Below are positions 1-13,254 of a stretch of DNA of 64,000 bases, in pieces. The stretch's first letter is position 1. Each line of letters begins with the position of its first letter. Origin of the DNA: Gnetum montanum (Eukaryota > Plantae > Gnetophyta); contig MNCI01000651.1 in NCBI GenBank assembly GCA_015680685.1, positions 186,001-250,000 of the forward strand, given 5' to 3'. The notes beneath the pieces were generated by a model. It had not been told where the DNA came from. It did no database searches and saw nothing but the letters and a program-made list of their open reading frames with translations. The position numbers were made by a program, and so were the translations under genes.

Positions 1-596
1 GTATTAAATAATCTTTTTTCTCGCCCTATTACCTGCAAGCGAATGGTCAAGCTGAAGTGACAAACAAGGTCATTATCAACTTACTCAAGAAAATGCTCGA
101 CAACAACAAGAAACGGTGACATGAAAAGATCCTCTATGTGCTATGGGCGTATCGTACCACATGCAGAATAGCTACGAACAGTACACCCTATAGCCTAGTC
201 TATGGATTTGAGGCGGTGCTGCCCCTTGAACTACAGGTTCCTTCTCTGCGAATGGTATTCTCCACAATTATAAATGAGGCTCAACACACGGAGTCTCGGA
301 TCATGGATTTGGATTTAGTCGAGGAGAAGTGAATACAGATGCTTGATACCATCAAAAAGTATCAAGATAAGCAAAAGCAGAAGCATCATCATAACCTTCA
401 ACAATGTCCTATCAAGAAGGGAGATTTAGTTCTCAAGGCCATTCGCGAACTCGTAGGAAAGTTCTCTGCAAACTGGGAAGGCCCTTTCTTGGTAGCTAAT
501 GTGTATGGCAACGGTGCATTCAAGCTAGCAGATATCAACAACAACAAGTTACTGAATCCTGTGAATCATATATATCTAAAGCGGTACTACATTTAG
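1..596 (+). pseudogene. pol: Integrase C-terminal half of element A pol, with in-frame stops
   Basis: SPYYLQANGQAEVTNK...LWAYRTT...TPYSLVYGFEAVLPLE...KFSANWEGPF...YLKRYYI*, typical of Tat/Ogre integrase. Confidence 0.95.
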
Positions 597-633
597 TTGC
601 ATATCTAGTGTTAACATCAGGCATGGCAACCAT

Positions 634-1183
634 CATCTACTATGACGCTAAACTGGCAACAATCGTTCGCTACGACATTAAACTGGCACTCTTCTCACGC
701 GTCCGCCACGATGCTAAACTGGTACTAATTGTCTACTACGATGTAAAACTGGCACTACTTGCATGCATCCGCCATGATGCTAAACTAGCAAAAATCATCT
801 GCCACAACGTTAAACTAGCTAGTTGTAACTGTCTGCTACGACGTAAAAATGGTAGTGTTGTACAGGTCTGCCAAGAAGTAAAACTGGAATTTTCCGCACG
901 TGTCCGCGAAGATGATAAACTGGTGCTGGTTGTCTGCCAGGACATAAAACTGGCATAGGTAAGTAGCTATCTGCTGAGACATGAAACTAGCACAGATTTG
1001 TCCCTGGGCCACGACATGAAACTGGCATCCATAGCATGGTCTGTTGAGACCATAAATCAGCTCTACCACCATCCGCTACGATGTAAAACTAGCATTTTTC
1101 AGTCTGCCCAGATTTTAAACTGGGACCATGGTCTGCTGAGACTTAAAACCAGTAACGACAATCTACTAGGACATAAAACTAGG
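634..1183 (+). repeat. Array of ~17 hairpin-motif units (RTC-N6-GAY + TAAACTRGCA) with variable short spacers, just after the pol stop
   Basis: GCATC-CGCCAT-GATGC at 765-780, TGTC-TGCCAG-GACA at 931-944, ATGGTC-TGTTGA-GACCAT at 1036-1053; most units are followed by an AAACT-type tail. Confidence 0.9.
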
Positions 1184-1189
1184 ACTTGC

Positions 1190-1938
1190 AGGCTGCCATC
1201 ATGCAAATCAAGCGAGCGTAATCGTCTCCGTGTGGCTGCAAAAAAAATGGGGTGGGATGTTGGGACAGTCCCAGTATCACTACCTCATAGGCATTCTGCT
1301 GATTCCTCAGATGTGCTGAAAGGCATACTACTGACCCCTCGGAGATGCTGTCACTACACCCACTATAGCAGTGGCACTTCTGAGAGGTTAGTTTCACTGT
1401 CCAGAGCCCCAAAGGAGTTCTCATCAACTTCGACCTTGGGGATATCTGCTCATCATCACTATCAGACTCTCGCTTCACAGATTCACCTAGCTGGTTCTTG
1501 GTTTAACCAGTTGGGTGCGATGAGTCTGATAATCTTTGACGACGATATGCTGGGCCAAGCGTCAACGGTGAAGACCCTGGCCTCGTGCTACTATTCTTCC
1601 TTCATGGCCCACTCACTCTGTGTCGCCCCAAATGGTACTTGTTTCAACAACCTCTCTAGCGATTCGACCGAGCAATTGTGCCCTCTATATTCTTCTTTGA
1701 TTGCAAGTTACTTGTTGCAAGGATGTCGTTCAAAGGTGCGTTCATCTGATCGGTGAAATACAAACAGCGTTTTGAGATGGTCTCCTAGGTTAGCCTGTCC
1801 ACTCAGGAGTGCATCCCTGTTTTCCTCATAATCCTACCTCTAGGTCTTACTTCCCTACATCTTCATCATCTGCTTCCCTTATGCAAAACGTACATACGCA
1901 GCATATGCTTTCTACATTTGCATTACAATCAAGTCCAT
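1190..1938 (-). pseudogene. Candidate decayed antisense ORF (~250 codons) in the 3' region of element A; function unknown
   Basis: Frame MDLIVMQM...; stops mostly explained by CAG/CGA/CAA decay; homologous to E 54154-54906 and, more distantly, D (AKE.L..KV..DA, HL..VS.M, TSHP). Confidence 0.5.
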
Positions 1939-2005
1939 GCACCCGGCGTAACGCAACAAGCCTATTGGATGCAAAAAAAAAATGGGTTGGCAAAATGGAT
2001 GAAAA

Positions 2006-4184
2006 ACAACTCATCCAGGCCGTGTAGATGCAACACAACTCGTCTATGCAAATCCCTCCATACAAAATTACGGCATGACTCCATGCAACGCAACCGCAGG
2101 AGAAAGCCTAAGTGCTTATGCGTGAAAAAACTATATTCACACATTTGTGTCTTCCCCAAACCTCATTTGAGTCTTCCCTGAACCCCACACATTTGCGGTT
2201 TCCCAGAACCTTTTTTCTCTTACCTTTGTAAAAATCCCTTCCCATACCCTTCTATCCTCTCTTTCCCTTATTTCTGCACTTCTGCTTTGACAAGGCGACA
2301 CTTGAATAACCATTGATGAATGCTATTAGTACTTTTACCCATCCGGTATTTCGTATTCTTGGTCGACGTCTTTCGGACAAGCCCTCTAAACGTCAATAAA
2401 GAGGGGCCATTGAAACACCATAGAAATTGCGAATCGGCCTCAAGCGAAGATTCATGATTCGGGTGAAGGTTCAAGAAGAAAATTCAGAAGATAGAGCAGG
2501 ACAAAGAGGCACGCAGTATCAAGTCTCCAAGTTCCTTACAGATTTCAATCTTACCATGTTTTCTTTCTTTATGCTACATTACGCAACATAGCGTGGTGTC
2601 GCTTAGCATAACTCTGTTTAACGTAGCCTGCTAGCAGAAAGTAACTTACTTTGGAAATTTTGACAAAGTTTAGACTTGTCGCATATTTGACTAAGTCTTT
2701 TGTTCTAGACTGAGTTTACGCTCCGTTACGCAGAGCAGCGTAACAAGCTTCAAGAAAAGCAAAGTCAGAGTCAAAGGAAGCACGGAAAATTGATCTCTTA
2801 TTTTTTGTAGATTGGTTGCTTTACACTCATTACACTATGCAGCATTGACAAGTGTAATTTATTGTAAAGTTCATCATTTTTACGCTCTATTACGCTTCGC
2901 GGTGTGAATGAGTGTAAAACAGCTTGAATCAACTACTTACATGCTTTATTGCGTTCCGCCATGCAACGAAGCGTAAACAAGTGTAATACAGCGTAAAACT
3001 GGCTAAAGTAGTACTAGATACGCATTTGCTATCCACACNNNNNNNNNNNNNNNNNNNNNNNNNNNNNNNNNNNNNNNNNNNNNNNNNNNNNNNNNNNNNN
3101 NNNNNNNNNNNNNNNNNNNNNNNNNNNNNNNNNNNNNNNNNNNNNNNNNNNACAACTCATCCAGGCCGTGTAGATGCAACACAACTCGTCTATGCAAATC
3201 CCTCCATACAAAATTACGGCATGACTCCATGCAACGCAACCGCAGGAGAAAGCCTAAGTGCTTATGCGTGAAAAAACTATATTCACACATTTGTGTCTTC
3301 CCCAAACCTCATTTGAGTCTTCCCTGAACCCCACACATTTGCGGTTTCCCAGAACCTTTTTTCTCTTACCTTTGTAAAAATCCCTTCCCATACCCTTCTA
3401 TCCTCTCTTTCCCTTATTTCTGCACTTCTGCTTTGACAAGGCGACACTTGAATAACCATTGATGAATGCTATTAGTACTTTTACCCATCCGGTATTTCGT
3501 ATTCTTGGTCGACGTCTTTCGGACAAGCCCTCTAAACGTCAATAAAGAGGGGCCATTGAAACACCATAGAAATTGCGAATCGGCCTCAAGCGAAGATTCA
3601 TGATTCGGGTGAAGGTTCAAGAAGAAAATTCAGAAGATAGAGCAGGACAAAGAGGCACGCAGTATCAAGTCTCCAAGTTCCTTACAGATTTCAATCTTAC
3701 CATGTTTTCTTTCTTTATGCTACATTACGCAACATAGCGTGGTGTCGCTTAGCATAACTCTGTTTAACGTAGCCTGCTAGCAGAAAGTAACTTACTTTGG
3801 AAATTTTGACAAAGTTTAGACTTGTCGCATATTTGACTAAGTCTTTTGTTCTAGACTGAGTTTACGCTCCGTTACGCAGAGCAGCGTAACAAGCTTCAAG
3901 AAAAGCAAAGTCAGAGTCAAAGGAAGCACGGAAAATTGATCTCTTATTTTTTGTAGATTGGTTGCTTTACACTCATTACACTATGCAGCATTGACAAGTG
4001 TAATTTATTGTAAAGTTCATCATTTTTACGCTCTATTACGCTTCGCGGTGTGAATGAGTGTAAAACAGCTTGAATCAACTACTTACATGCTTTATTGCGT
4101 TCCGCCATGCAACGAAGCGTAAACAAGTGTAATACAGCGTAAAACTGGCTAAAGTAGTACTAGATACGCATTTGCTATCCACAC
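2006..4184. other. Assembly artefact: 2006-3038 repeated at 3152-4184 across an N gap
   Basis: Apparently identical copies (offset 1146) directly flanking the N run 3039-3151; the ORF track repeats identical peptides. Confidence 0.9.
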
Positions 4185-5127
4185 ACACAATACGTTGATG
4201 AGCGTATTGTGTGTAATCACGGAGTAGCTTTAGCAGAAGTGGTCGACAGTGTACTTTGCTCCCCTTCCCAAAACGTGATGCGATGTGGCCAATTTCAACA
4301 TAAAGTTTACCAAGTCAACGGTATTTTGAAGGTTCGAGACACATGTTGTCAGGGCCATGCTTTCTCCACATGTTGTCGAACTTATAAATACTCCAGTTGA
4401 TGAAGAAACAAGGAGGGGGCATCTTCAACTTTTGGCAGCATCATTTTTTAGCAGAGATAGAAGACATATTTGAGCATTGACAGTAGGAGCGATCAGTCCT
4501 TTGGCGAAAAAAATACAGTCCTCTCCATTGTCGATCATTGGCAGCTTGAGTAGAGACTACCAAAGGCAGTGGGAATAGATCAAAGATCAAGAGATCATCT
4601 AGTGCGGTTGGCAAGATCTATCGATCAGAAATAGTTGATCGATAAACATTCAAGCTTGACCTTCCTTACAGCCCATCTTTGGCTTATGAGGTAGATCGAA
4701 CTCCATTCTGTACTCCTTGTTGAATAGTTTTCTTGTCATTTTGTGTATGCTTCACACAAGATAAGCAGAGATTTTCCATTGGAACCTTGTATACAATATA
4801 CTCAGTCTTTGGGTCAAAGTACAGATCTTGGAATTACGCATTTTTCTTAAATCCGATCCTTCTTGTCGTGTTGACGTTGTCATTATTCCGATTTATCTAC
4901 ATTATTTTCTTCTCCTTTTGTTATTCATCAAATCAGATCATTCCACGGAATATCTATAATATTCATCGATTTACTGATTGAGTAAGTCCCAGTCTGATCA
5001 ACAAGACCATTCATGGCACCGCAGATTCATTTTCTCTAGCACAGCCCTCACGCAGATCCATGGTTAAGACTATGTACATGGATTTTCGTTTGGTATTTTC
5101 CAGCTACCAACATTTTCTGTCGTTACA
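3557..5127 (+). repeat. 3' LTR of element A (~1.57 kb)
   Basis: PPT at 3544-3553, starts TGAAACACC, TATAAATA at ~4383, ends GTTACA; homologous to 52122-53703 on the minus strand. Confidence 0.9.
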
Positions 5128-5132
5128 GATGC

Positions 5133-8100
5133 CTTGTCTAAATTTGCTAAGTAATTCTAATAGGTTACAATGTTTTTTGCTATGCTTCATGTAGGGTCTT
5201 TTTGAGGCTTGTCCTCATCATTATGGATTTGGTTGATCTATTATGCTACATTGATCATCCTAGGATCAACATCCCACCACATGACATGCCTTTTAGAAGG
5301 CTCTCATTGTGGTTTCAACCTAGGGCATGGAACTTCTTTTCCTACCTATTTAGGAATTTTAGTGTGATACTATGGTCACACTTATCTGTAGATGTAGCTA
5401 GGTTTGTTGTGAAGACCCTATTACCTTATGTATCTAGCCTAATCATCAAATTCATTATTGATAAGCCACCTCCTAAGATAGTAGGAGGACTAGTAGATTC
5501 CATAAGTCCATGCTACCTTATAGAGATCTAGATTATGCTAAAGTATAGTAAGTAGAATGTTGATAATACTATGATGGTGGTGCATAGGGCTCACACATTA
5601 CCATAGAACCTACCTAGGACCATGTATCATCTAAGGGATAAGCATAGTTATTGTAATATTTTTGTGCTTTTAGCTTGACTAACTTCCTTAACTTCATTAG
5701 TATTATAACTTCTTGCAAGTACAAGGTCAGTGATCAATTTTTGGTAGTGGCTTAAACTAATTTGGATGAATTCACTAAGAGTCCTCAAATCAAAACTATT
5801 TTGTATCAATTGTTAAGAGGGGACTTTGATGCATACGCTACCATGTCTCACCATGTATACAAGAAGTGTGAGGATGATGGGACAATAAAAACTTGTGGGT
5901 AGATTTCGATAACTCCATGGATTAGATCTTTATAGCTGTGACTTTCACATTAAATAAGAAAAGGAAAGGTAAATATAAAGAATATAGTTTTTAGTGTTTC
6001 ATGGCTTTACATATTCTATTGCTTTACTCGGTTGTTAAAATTGCACACATTTATGCTAAATTTTTGGTTATTTCTTTGTAGGACCTTCCACCTCAACTGA
6101 TTTCACTATACCACTTTCAGGTTCATGTCATGAGGATACCCTCATCCTAAAGTTTGGTGAGGTGACATTAGCACAAGAGTGGCTAAAGGGACTGGTGCCT
6201 AGGTACATTCAAGCAAACATCTAGCATGCAAGTTTTCCCAATGTATTCATGACACCTATCCCTTTCATTCTTGCTATGAAGATGTTGCATGTTATTGACT
6301 CCTTCGATGAGAAGGTTGGTCATTTTAGCAACATCATCTAAGGTGTGAAGGTGAACATGGATGTAGGTTCTAGCCTCTTTCATGACTTATTTAATATCCC
6401 TGTTGAGAAGGAAAAGGTTCCCACTAGGATAGTAAGGGAAGTGGGCCATCATGATGAAGTTCTAAAGTGGCTTGATGCCAACATGGGCCACTCTAAAATT
6501 TCAATGGATAGCTTCACCAACCTTGATGCAAAGGTATCATATCCTTCATTTAGGTCTCATGTGTTTTCTAAATATTATCACTAAAGAAGGTAATTGGCCT
6601 AGCATAGGGATGGACCTTTAGGAAGATCTTGATGAAGGGCATCATATTTGATTAGGCGATTACTTTGGCTACTAGGCTTCAAGAGAAAATCTTTAGATTT
6701 CATGCTAATACCTCTACAATAATCCATGAGTACTTTGCATTTTTTGTGGGTTATTTAATGAGGTTTGTAGAGCTTTTGGTGGTGTATATGAATGGATGAT
6801 GGATTTCCCAAGGCCCAAGGAAACTTTATAGGCCTTGGATAAAGCACATTTATCCAACAGTGCAGGCCCAGAACCCACTAGAGGGGATGAATAATGTTAT
6901 CCATCACCATTAAGAATTTCTATGTTAGACAATACAAGTCTGTAGAATGTATTAATGATGATGATGCTCTCACATTTCTCACTAGTGTCTAAGATGCTAG
7001 ATGATAGTGTATGGAGGCCAAAGGGATAGCTAGAGAGAAACTCAAGAGGCCTATGGTGGAGGCATCCCTAACATTAGAATAGCCTACCTTGAGAAGCTTA
7101 AGCTTAAGCTTAGGCCATCATAACATGCTATTTTAGGTATGATTTATTTAAATTTGGCTATTTCGTGTTTTAAAGTTTATGGATACTTTATGGTTTCATG
7201 TGTTAACCAATTTTCTATGTGCTATGGTTGTAGAAAATTGTCAAGCTATAGCAACCCAGGCTACTATGGAGGTAGAAAAAAGGTGTCCAGAAGAGGCACT
7301 CCTAAAGCAACCTATGATTGATGGATTTCTTGATGTAGGTATAGATGATCTAGATGCCTTGTTTGGTGAGGTGGTACTAAGTACCTCTCCTATCATCATC
7401 CTAGGGAGGAAGAGGAGGAGTGGTCAAGTATTCCCATGCCTTAATATTTTCTTAGTGTATATCTATGGTTTTCATCCTAACCTTTCAATGATTATTATGC
7501 TTAAAGTAGTTTCTAAGAGACTAGTGCAAGCTACCATCGATAAGTTTCATGTGAAACCATGGGTAGAGACTCTAGATAGACTAGAGTTCATGTGTGAGAT
7601 GGCTAAGAACATCATCAATTGGTTGCATCAGGTTGCACCTGAGATAGGTAAGAATTTTATTTTATGTTCTTTAGTCATATACTTTGCTTGTATTATGGCT
7701 ATCTTAGGTTATGAATTATGTTTATGGTTGTACTTTATGCTTGAGTAGTATCTTATGTGAAGTAGGATCCCAATAGAGACATGAAGATAGACTCCTTGCC
7801 TAAGCCTTCCTATAATGTATCTAGTGTACTAATAAAGTTGTATGAGACCGCTACTGATTTAGTAATGTTGTGTGAAAAAGCTTCATCGGAGCTAGAGAGG
7901 TCCAATGAATCCTTATGGGAGAAAGTTGTGGATTTAAGGGAAAATACTTAATGGCAAGAAGATACAATTAGAGATCTCTAAGACTATAAGGCTTTTTTGA
8001 AAGCCCACATGGCTAACTCAAGGAAATTATAGACTAAGGAGATCACATGGGCCCACTAATGGCATGTCATTTAGGAAAAAATAGTGGTCCTACAAGAGAT

Positions 8101-8750
8101 GGCAAAACAATGTATGTAGATGGACCTTCTAGAAGGTTAAGGATTGGAAGGATCACTACACTTGGGTCCTGAAGTGGGACAAGACACAAAAGGCCCATAA
8201 GCAATAGTACAAGGTGGATCATGAGACTTATCTAAAGTGGCTTAAGGAGGAGTCCATTGAACAGTGTAAGAGAGAAATGTTCATCAAAGGAATTTAGGAA
8301 AAGAGTGCTTATCAATTTTTTGAAAGTACTCTCAAGATGGAGCAATTCCATACTCTTCATATTACCAATTCTACAAGCAAGAATTCTACAACTATTGCTA
8401 CTTGAGAGCCTCCTACTTGGACTCCTATAGATAGGATTGACATTTTTTCTAGCATTGATCTTGGGGATGTTGATTGGGTCAACATCATGGAGGACTAGAT
8501 CCTCTATTGTTTGGAGGAAGGACTTCCTTGTCTAACCCCAGAAGTCATGGAGCCAGAATCTCCATAGGTTAGATGTATTTTATGTTTTACTTTCTAACTT
8601 ATGGTTTTGGTTTTGGGTATGGGTTACTAACTAGCTATATGTCGTTGCATTTTAGGGCTTAGGAGACATTGGTAGCCCTATTGAAAGGGTGGGAATGACC
8701 CACCACTTCCTTCTCTATATGTTGCTTAGTAGTCTCCATCAGCTCAGCTT
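5133..8750 (+). pseudogene. Antisense multi-exon gene of element B (PMD/Transposase_32-like domain plus predicted coiled coil), decayed and interrupted by A
   Basis: ...DSFDEKVGHFSNII*GVKVNMDVGSSLFHDLFNIP...FAFFVGYLMRFVELLVVYMNG aligns with the C and E copies; GT-AG introns at ~5969-6081, 7137-7233, 7428-7506, 7648-7765, 8568-8655. Confidence 0.75.
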
Positions 8751-9039
8751 GTTGGCTATTTGTTTTTATTTTCATGTTGATGGCTATAATTACCCAAGAA
8801 TATGCTATAGATGGTTGTTATTCTTTAACATTCTTGCCACACATTGTGGCCATGGCTATGTATGTTATGGACATCTTAACTTTAAATTAAATTTTGATTT
8901 TTATTTTTGGATATATGTATTTATACTAAACATTGTAAATGTTGAAAATGGCTATGTTGATGTTTTGGTTATAACATTCAATAGCTAATTGATGTGATAA
9001 TAGGTTAAGAAAAGAGAGATATAATAATAAAATGGATTT

Positions 9040-9372
9040 TTGATAGTTTTAAGCCATCATGGACACATGTTATATAGCTTTGCCAGTTTAAGATCATGAA
9101 AAGCCATGTTGCATTGTTATAGTAAACATTGCTAGTTTAAGGCCATCGTAGGCTATCACTCCAATTTAAGGTCTTATCATATCATAATGCTAGTTTAATG
9201 TCTTAGTGGATATATTTTTGTGATTATCTTTGCTAGTTTAAGGCCATGATGGTCCATAATGCTAGTTTAAGATCTTAGTAGACCATAATGCTAGTTTAAA
9301 GTCTTAGCAAATGGTAATACCAGTTTAATATCTTAGCGAATGGTAATGCCAGTTTAATGTCTTAATGAATAA
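9040..9372 (-). repeat. Hairpin-motif array downstream of gag-pro in element B
   Basis: Repeated TGCYAGTTTAA on plus; minus strand reads e.g. GGTC-TACTAA-GATC-TTAAACTAGCA and GCC-TACGAT-GGC-CTTAAACTAGCA. Confidence 0.85.
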
Positions 9373-9579
9373 GGTATGAAAAGGACATATATTTATGAGA
9401 CTTTTCCAAGGTTTATAACATAAGTTAAAATAAATAAGAGTTGTAGTAAATAGGTAAAAATACAAATGAACTTAGGCTACATGCATAGGCTATGTGCATA
9501 AAGCATAAAACAACAAATGCATAAAAAGATATAATAAACTACAAAATAAAAGTAAGGCTACAGGGCTATCAATGCATAT

Positions 9580-12500
9580 AGTCATAGGGGCATTAGAATG
9601 TTAAGGAAAACTTCACTTATGTAGATTCTTCCTAATCTTTGTAAGATTAGGGAGTGAATAAGGCCTACTTTGCACAATATTATAATCACCATTCCCTTCA
9701 CTTTCAATGTTAAAAGGAAGTTAATACCACAATGTATCTCTTTGCTTATGGCTATCATCATTGGCTTTCTTGGGCTTTTACACTTTATGGCTGGGAGGTT
9801 CCTCTTGAAGCTCCACTTCAAATCCTTGCTCTATGAATATGTTGTTGATAGCTAGGGAAACCACATTATTACCATGAATAATTATTTCACCTTCCTCATA
9901 AGGGAGGTGAATTTCTTGATGGATGGGATAGGACATAGCTTGTAATTAAGTCAACCAAGGTCTTCCCAGGATCAGGTTGAATCTTGGTGTCTCTTCCACC
10001 ATCAAGAAATTAGTGGTTGTGGGGAATTTCTTCTGAACTACAAAATCTAAAGAGATAGACCCCTTGAAGCAACACTTGATCCATTTAAGGACTTAACAAC
10101 TATAGTGATTGTATGTTGTCTCTAGATAGTTAGGCCTAAGCGTTCAATGATGGTGCATGGGATGACATTGGTTGTGGCTCTATCATCAATAGGCACCTGA
10201 TGGATTTTAAATATCCTATGCATATGATTATGTATAAAGGGGCTATAATTACTTCACCATTTTTTGGATTAATCTTGATTTTGCTCTCATGAAATGTTAA
10301 TGGTGTTGACTTATCCTCCCTTGATGAGGGAGGAATCATCATTGCATGGATGGATTCCTTGTTAGCAAGGATATCCTCACTAATAGGGATGGAGGTCAAA
10401 ATTTTGACTAGTACCTCACAATGGGTGGTCGAAGTCATGGTCAATTCATATAAGCTTAAATTTATTTATTTATTTTCTTAAGGGATTTTTTGACTTGGTC
10501 CATTACACTGAGGAAGTTTTTATCATTGGCCATGGGATTGTCACCCTGGTTGTGCTTTACTTCCTCCATGCATCCCAAATTGTGAACTTCTGCTTTAGGC
10601 TATGATTATTCTAGCTCTTCCTTGTTGAATTTGGTTTTGGACTTTGGTGTCCTCATATGGCTTGTTGATTGAAGGTATTGGAGTAGAGGAGGTCATGGGT
10701 ATAGTCAAACTGGAAGTGGGATTTCATGGATGCACTTCCTTTCATGCCTCCATCTACTTTTCTCCCTTATTTTCAAGCTTTTTCTCATACTTCTTCCTTT
10801 ATTTGGCTAAACGTTTTTGGTTGTTAGTCATTGGCTATGAGGAAGAGGAAGTGGCATTAGCCATTATAGTGGCATTAGTCATAATAGGGTTTAGGGTTTT
10901 TGGTTGGGCTACAATTCTTTTGGTTGTATTGGGTTAAGGGACCTTCATGAAAAAAGGTTTCCTCGAAGGAACTTGTGATGGTAATATCATGACAAAAGGA
11001 GTTCTTGAGTAGTGGGAAGCTAAAGAAGCCCTTTCATCATAGAGTGATACTTGAATCATGAATGGTTCTCTTACAGGTCTTCAATTTTCATCAATGTTGA
11101 ATGCTAGAATAACATAAGGGTTGTCATTATCATTCAGTGGGTCCTTGTAGACCTATGTCAATTGGTTTTGTTGTCAAACTAGGTTCGAATAATCTAATAC
11201 TAGCTCCTTCTTATCTATCATCCTTAGCAGGTCATCCTTTAGTGCAAGGTAGAAGTTTCTGTTATGATCAAGTAGTTGATGATAATGGTAGAAGTTGTAT
11301 AGTTTGAAGTACCTAGGTAATTGGGGATTTTTTTCTTATTGCTTGAGTGAGATCCTTGGCTATTTCACATAGCCACACATGTTTCTTTTGATTGGCTTTG
11401 GTCATTTGTTTGTGCTCCATGCATCAACTTTTTAATAGTTAGTTTAGCAACACGAATGGCTTTAATGGCAATGTACTATATTTTGACCTGTCCTTCCTTT
11501 TGAAGTTAGGTCTTGTTGTTGTCGATGTAGTGGCCCCAGAGGTTGATGGTTGATTATTGTGGTTGTTAGTAGGGTCCTTAGGAGGATTGGCCTTAGACCT
11601 TTGATTTGTAGTCTTTGTTTTTTGTGTCATAGTTGCTATGGTTGTGTTACTTTGTTTGCTATCTTCTTTGTCTCTTTGAGTGTGTTGGTTTTTATATGCT
11701 ATATAGGTTAGATCATGGTTGGCCTTCATAGCATCCTCTATATTTTAGTTTGAGATAATTCTTGGTAAAGAGATTGTGGATCAAGGTAGTAGAGTTTAAA
11801 GTTGATAAGGTCATTAAATGCTCCCTTAAATATGGCTAAGAAATGGGATTTGGCTATGGACTATGGTATTTCATTTAGTAGTCCATTCCACTGCTAAATG
11901 AATTTCTACATGGGTTCAAAGGATCCTTGCTTGACCTTCATGAGTTGGTCAAGAGTTGTGTCAGGCTTTAAGTTATACTTAAAAAGGTTGACAAACTAGG
12001 CTACTAAGTCCTCTAAAGAGGATATGGATCCTTTGGGTAATTCATGGTACCAATCAAGTGCTTTCCTAGTTAAGGATATAGGGAAAATCCTCATGATGGT
12101 ATGAGGCCATGGTTGTAAGAGTAAACATTCAAATTGAAAGGTAATAAGGTGATCATTAGGGTTACCTTCTCCATTATATTTGTTGACTTAGGGAATAGGG
12201 ACCCCAAGAGGAATTTTCAAGGGTGGGACTACAAGACTTATCAAATCATCATGGTAGAAGTCCATAATTTTGATAGTTTATGAAGTAGAGGCTTTGAGCC
12301 TCTTCAACTCCTTTGTGAGATCCTAGATCATTTGGAAGGCTTGATCTAGTCCTTGCGCTGGCCTTGTTGGATGTGGATTTTACACATATGGCTATGGCAT
12401 TTGTTATGAGGTTTATGGCCTCAATATGAGTTTTGAGATGGAAGAAAGAGGTTTTTTTATGATTGTGACTTGTGGGCCAAATAAAGAAAAAGATGTTTGC

Positions 12501-13254
12501 ATTGGTACTTGAGGCATAAATGGGATAAATGGAGTGTGTGACCCCTATGTTTCTTAGGATCCCATGGTGGATCCCACATGAGTAATTAGTGGATTTTTGA
12601 AGGTAAAAACCATCATCTATCATTTTATATATTGAGACTTTGTTGTAAATGACATTGATGTGTTATAGGTTGTTGTTTGTGACATTGGCTGAGCTTGTTG
12701 TATGACTATAATTGGTATGGGATCCACCATCTTAGGGTAGGAAGGAGTAGAAGATGGTGGTATCAGCCCCATGAAGAAAAAAAAAGGAATTAGAGGAAGG
12801 AGTTGTAACCTTGGGGAATGTTTGTTGGAGCAGTTATCCTACAATGTTTTCAACCTTATATTCTACCTTAAATTCATGCTAATTTGCTTGTTGTTCCTTA
12901 GCGATATGGTTTTCATCTTCCTCTTCCATGATAATCAATTCGGCTAGGATGCTAACATAGATGTCATTAAGGGAAATTTGGTTATTTGAGTAAGGGATGC
13001 ACTCCTTTCCATTGCTGTGTATGGGCTCAAACTCCCTCTTGGCCTCTATTTTAATATGTGGAATAAGCATGCCTACCTGTATTTTAGCATAAATGAAGTT
13101 ATAATGATCTTCATTTATGGCTACAAAATTAGGATCCTTCCCTCTGACCCTCAATGATGGCAAGGTCTTTAGGGTCATAGACGCTCATGGGTTTTTGGCT
13201 ATGATCTTTGTTTGTGAGGGTGAAGGACACTTTGATGGACTATCGGAAAGACAT
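9580..13254 (-). pseudogene. gag: gag-protease of element B, heavily decayed
   Basis: ATG at 13254; YNGEGNPNDHLITF capsid motif at ~12180-12140; decayed zinc knuckle at ~11290; protease region at ~10200; IHQEIHLPY at ~9930. Confidence 0.85.

Larger units (their letters stand above)
1..5127 (+). mobile_element. Element A: 3' part of a Tat-type Ty3/Gypsy LTR retrotransposon (integrase end, 3' region, PPT, 3' LTR); same family as E; inserted in element B
   Basis: Integrase C-terminus at 1-596; PPT AAAGAGGGGC before TGAAACACC; LTR ends ...GTCGTTACA at 5127; colinear with the reverse complement of 52122-56060. Confidence 0.93.

Noticed and set aside
608-958. Repeat protein ORF (and its copy 55134-55484)
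   Set aside because: It is the translation of the hairpin array; the frame is not kept in other arrays and it starts at GTG
634-1183. CRISPR array (conserved repeats with variable spacers)
   Set aside because: Spacers are only ~3-15 nt, repeats are degenerate, there are no cas genes, and the context is a plant retrotransposon
998-1756. 252-aa sense ORF as an env-like gene
   Set aside because: No clear transmembrane or signal features, it begins inside the repeat array, and its composition suggests a shadow of the antisense frame; not fully excluded
2006-4184. Tandem LTR or real 1-kb duplication
   Set aside because: Apparently identical copies on both sides of an N gap indicate an unmerged contig overlap
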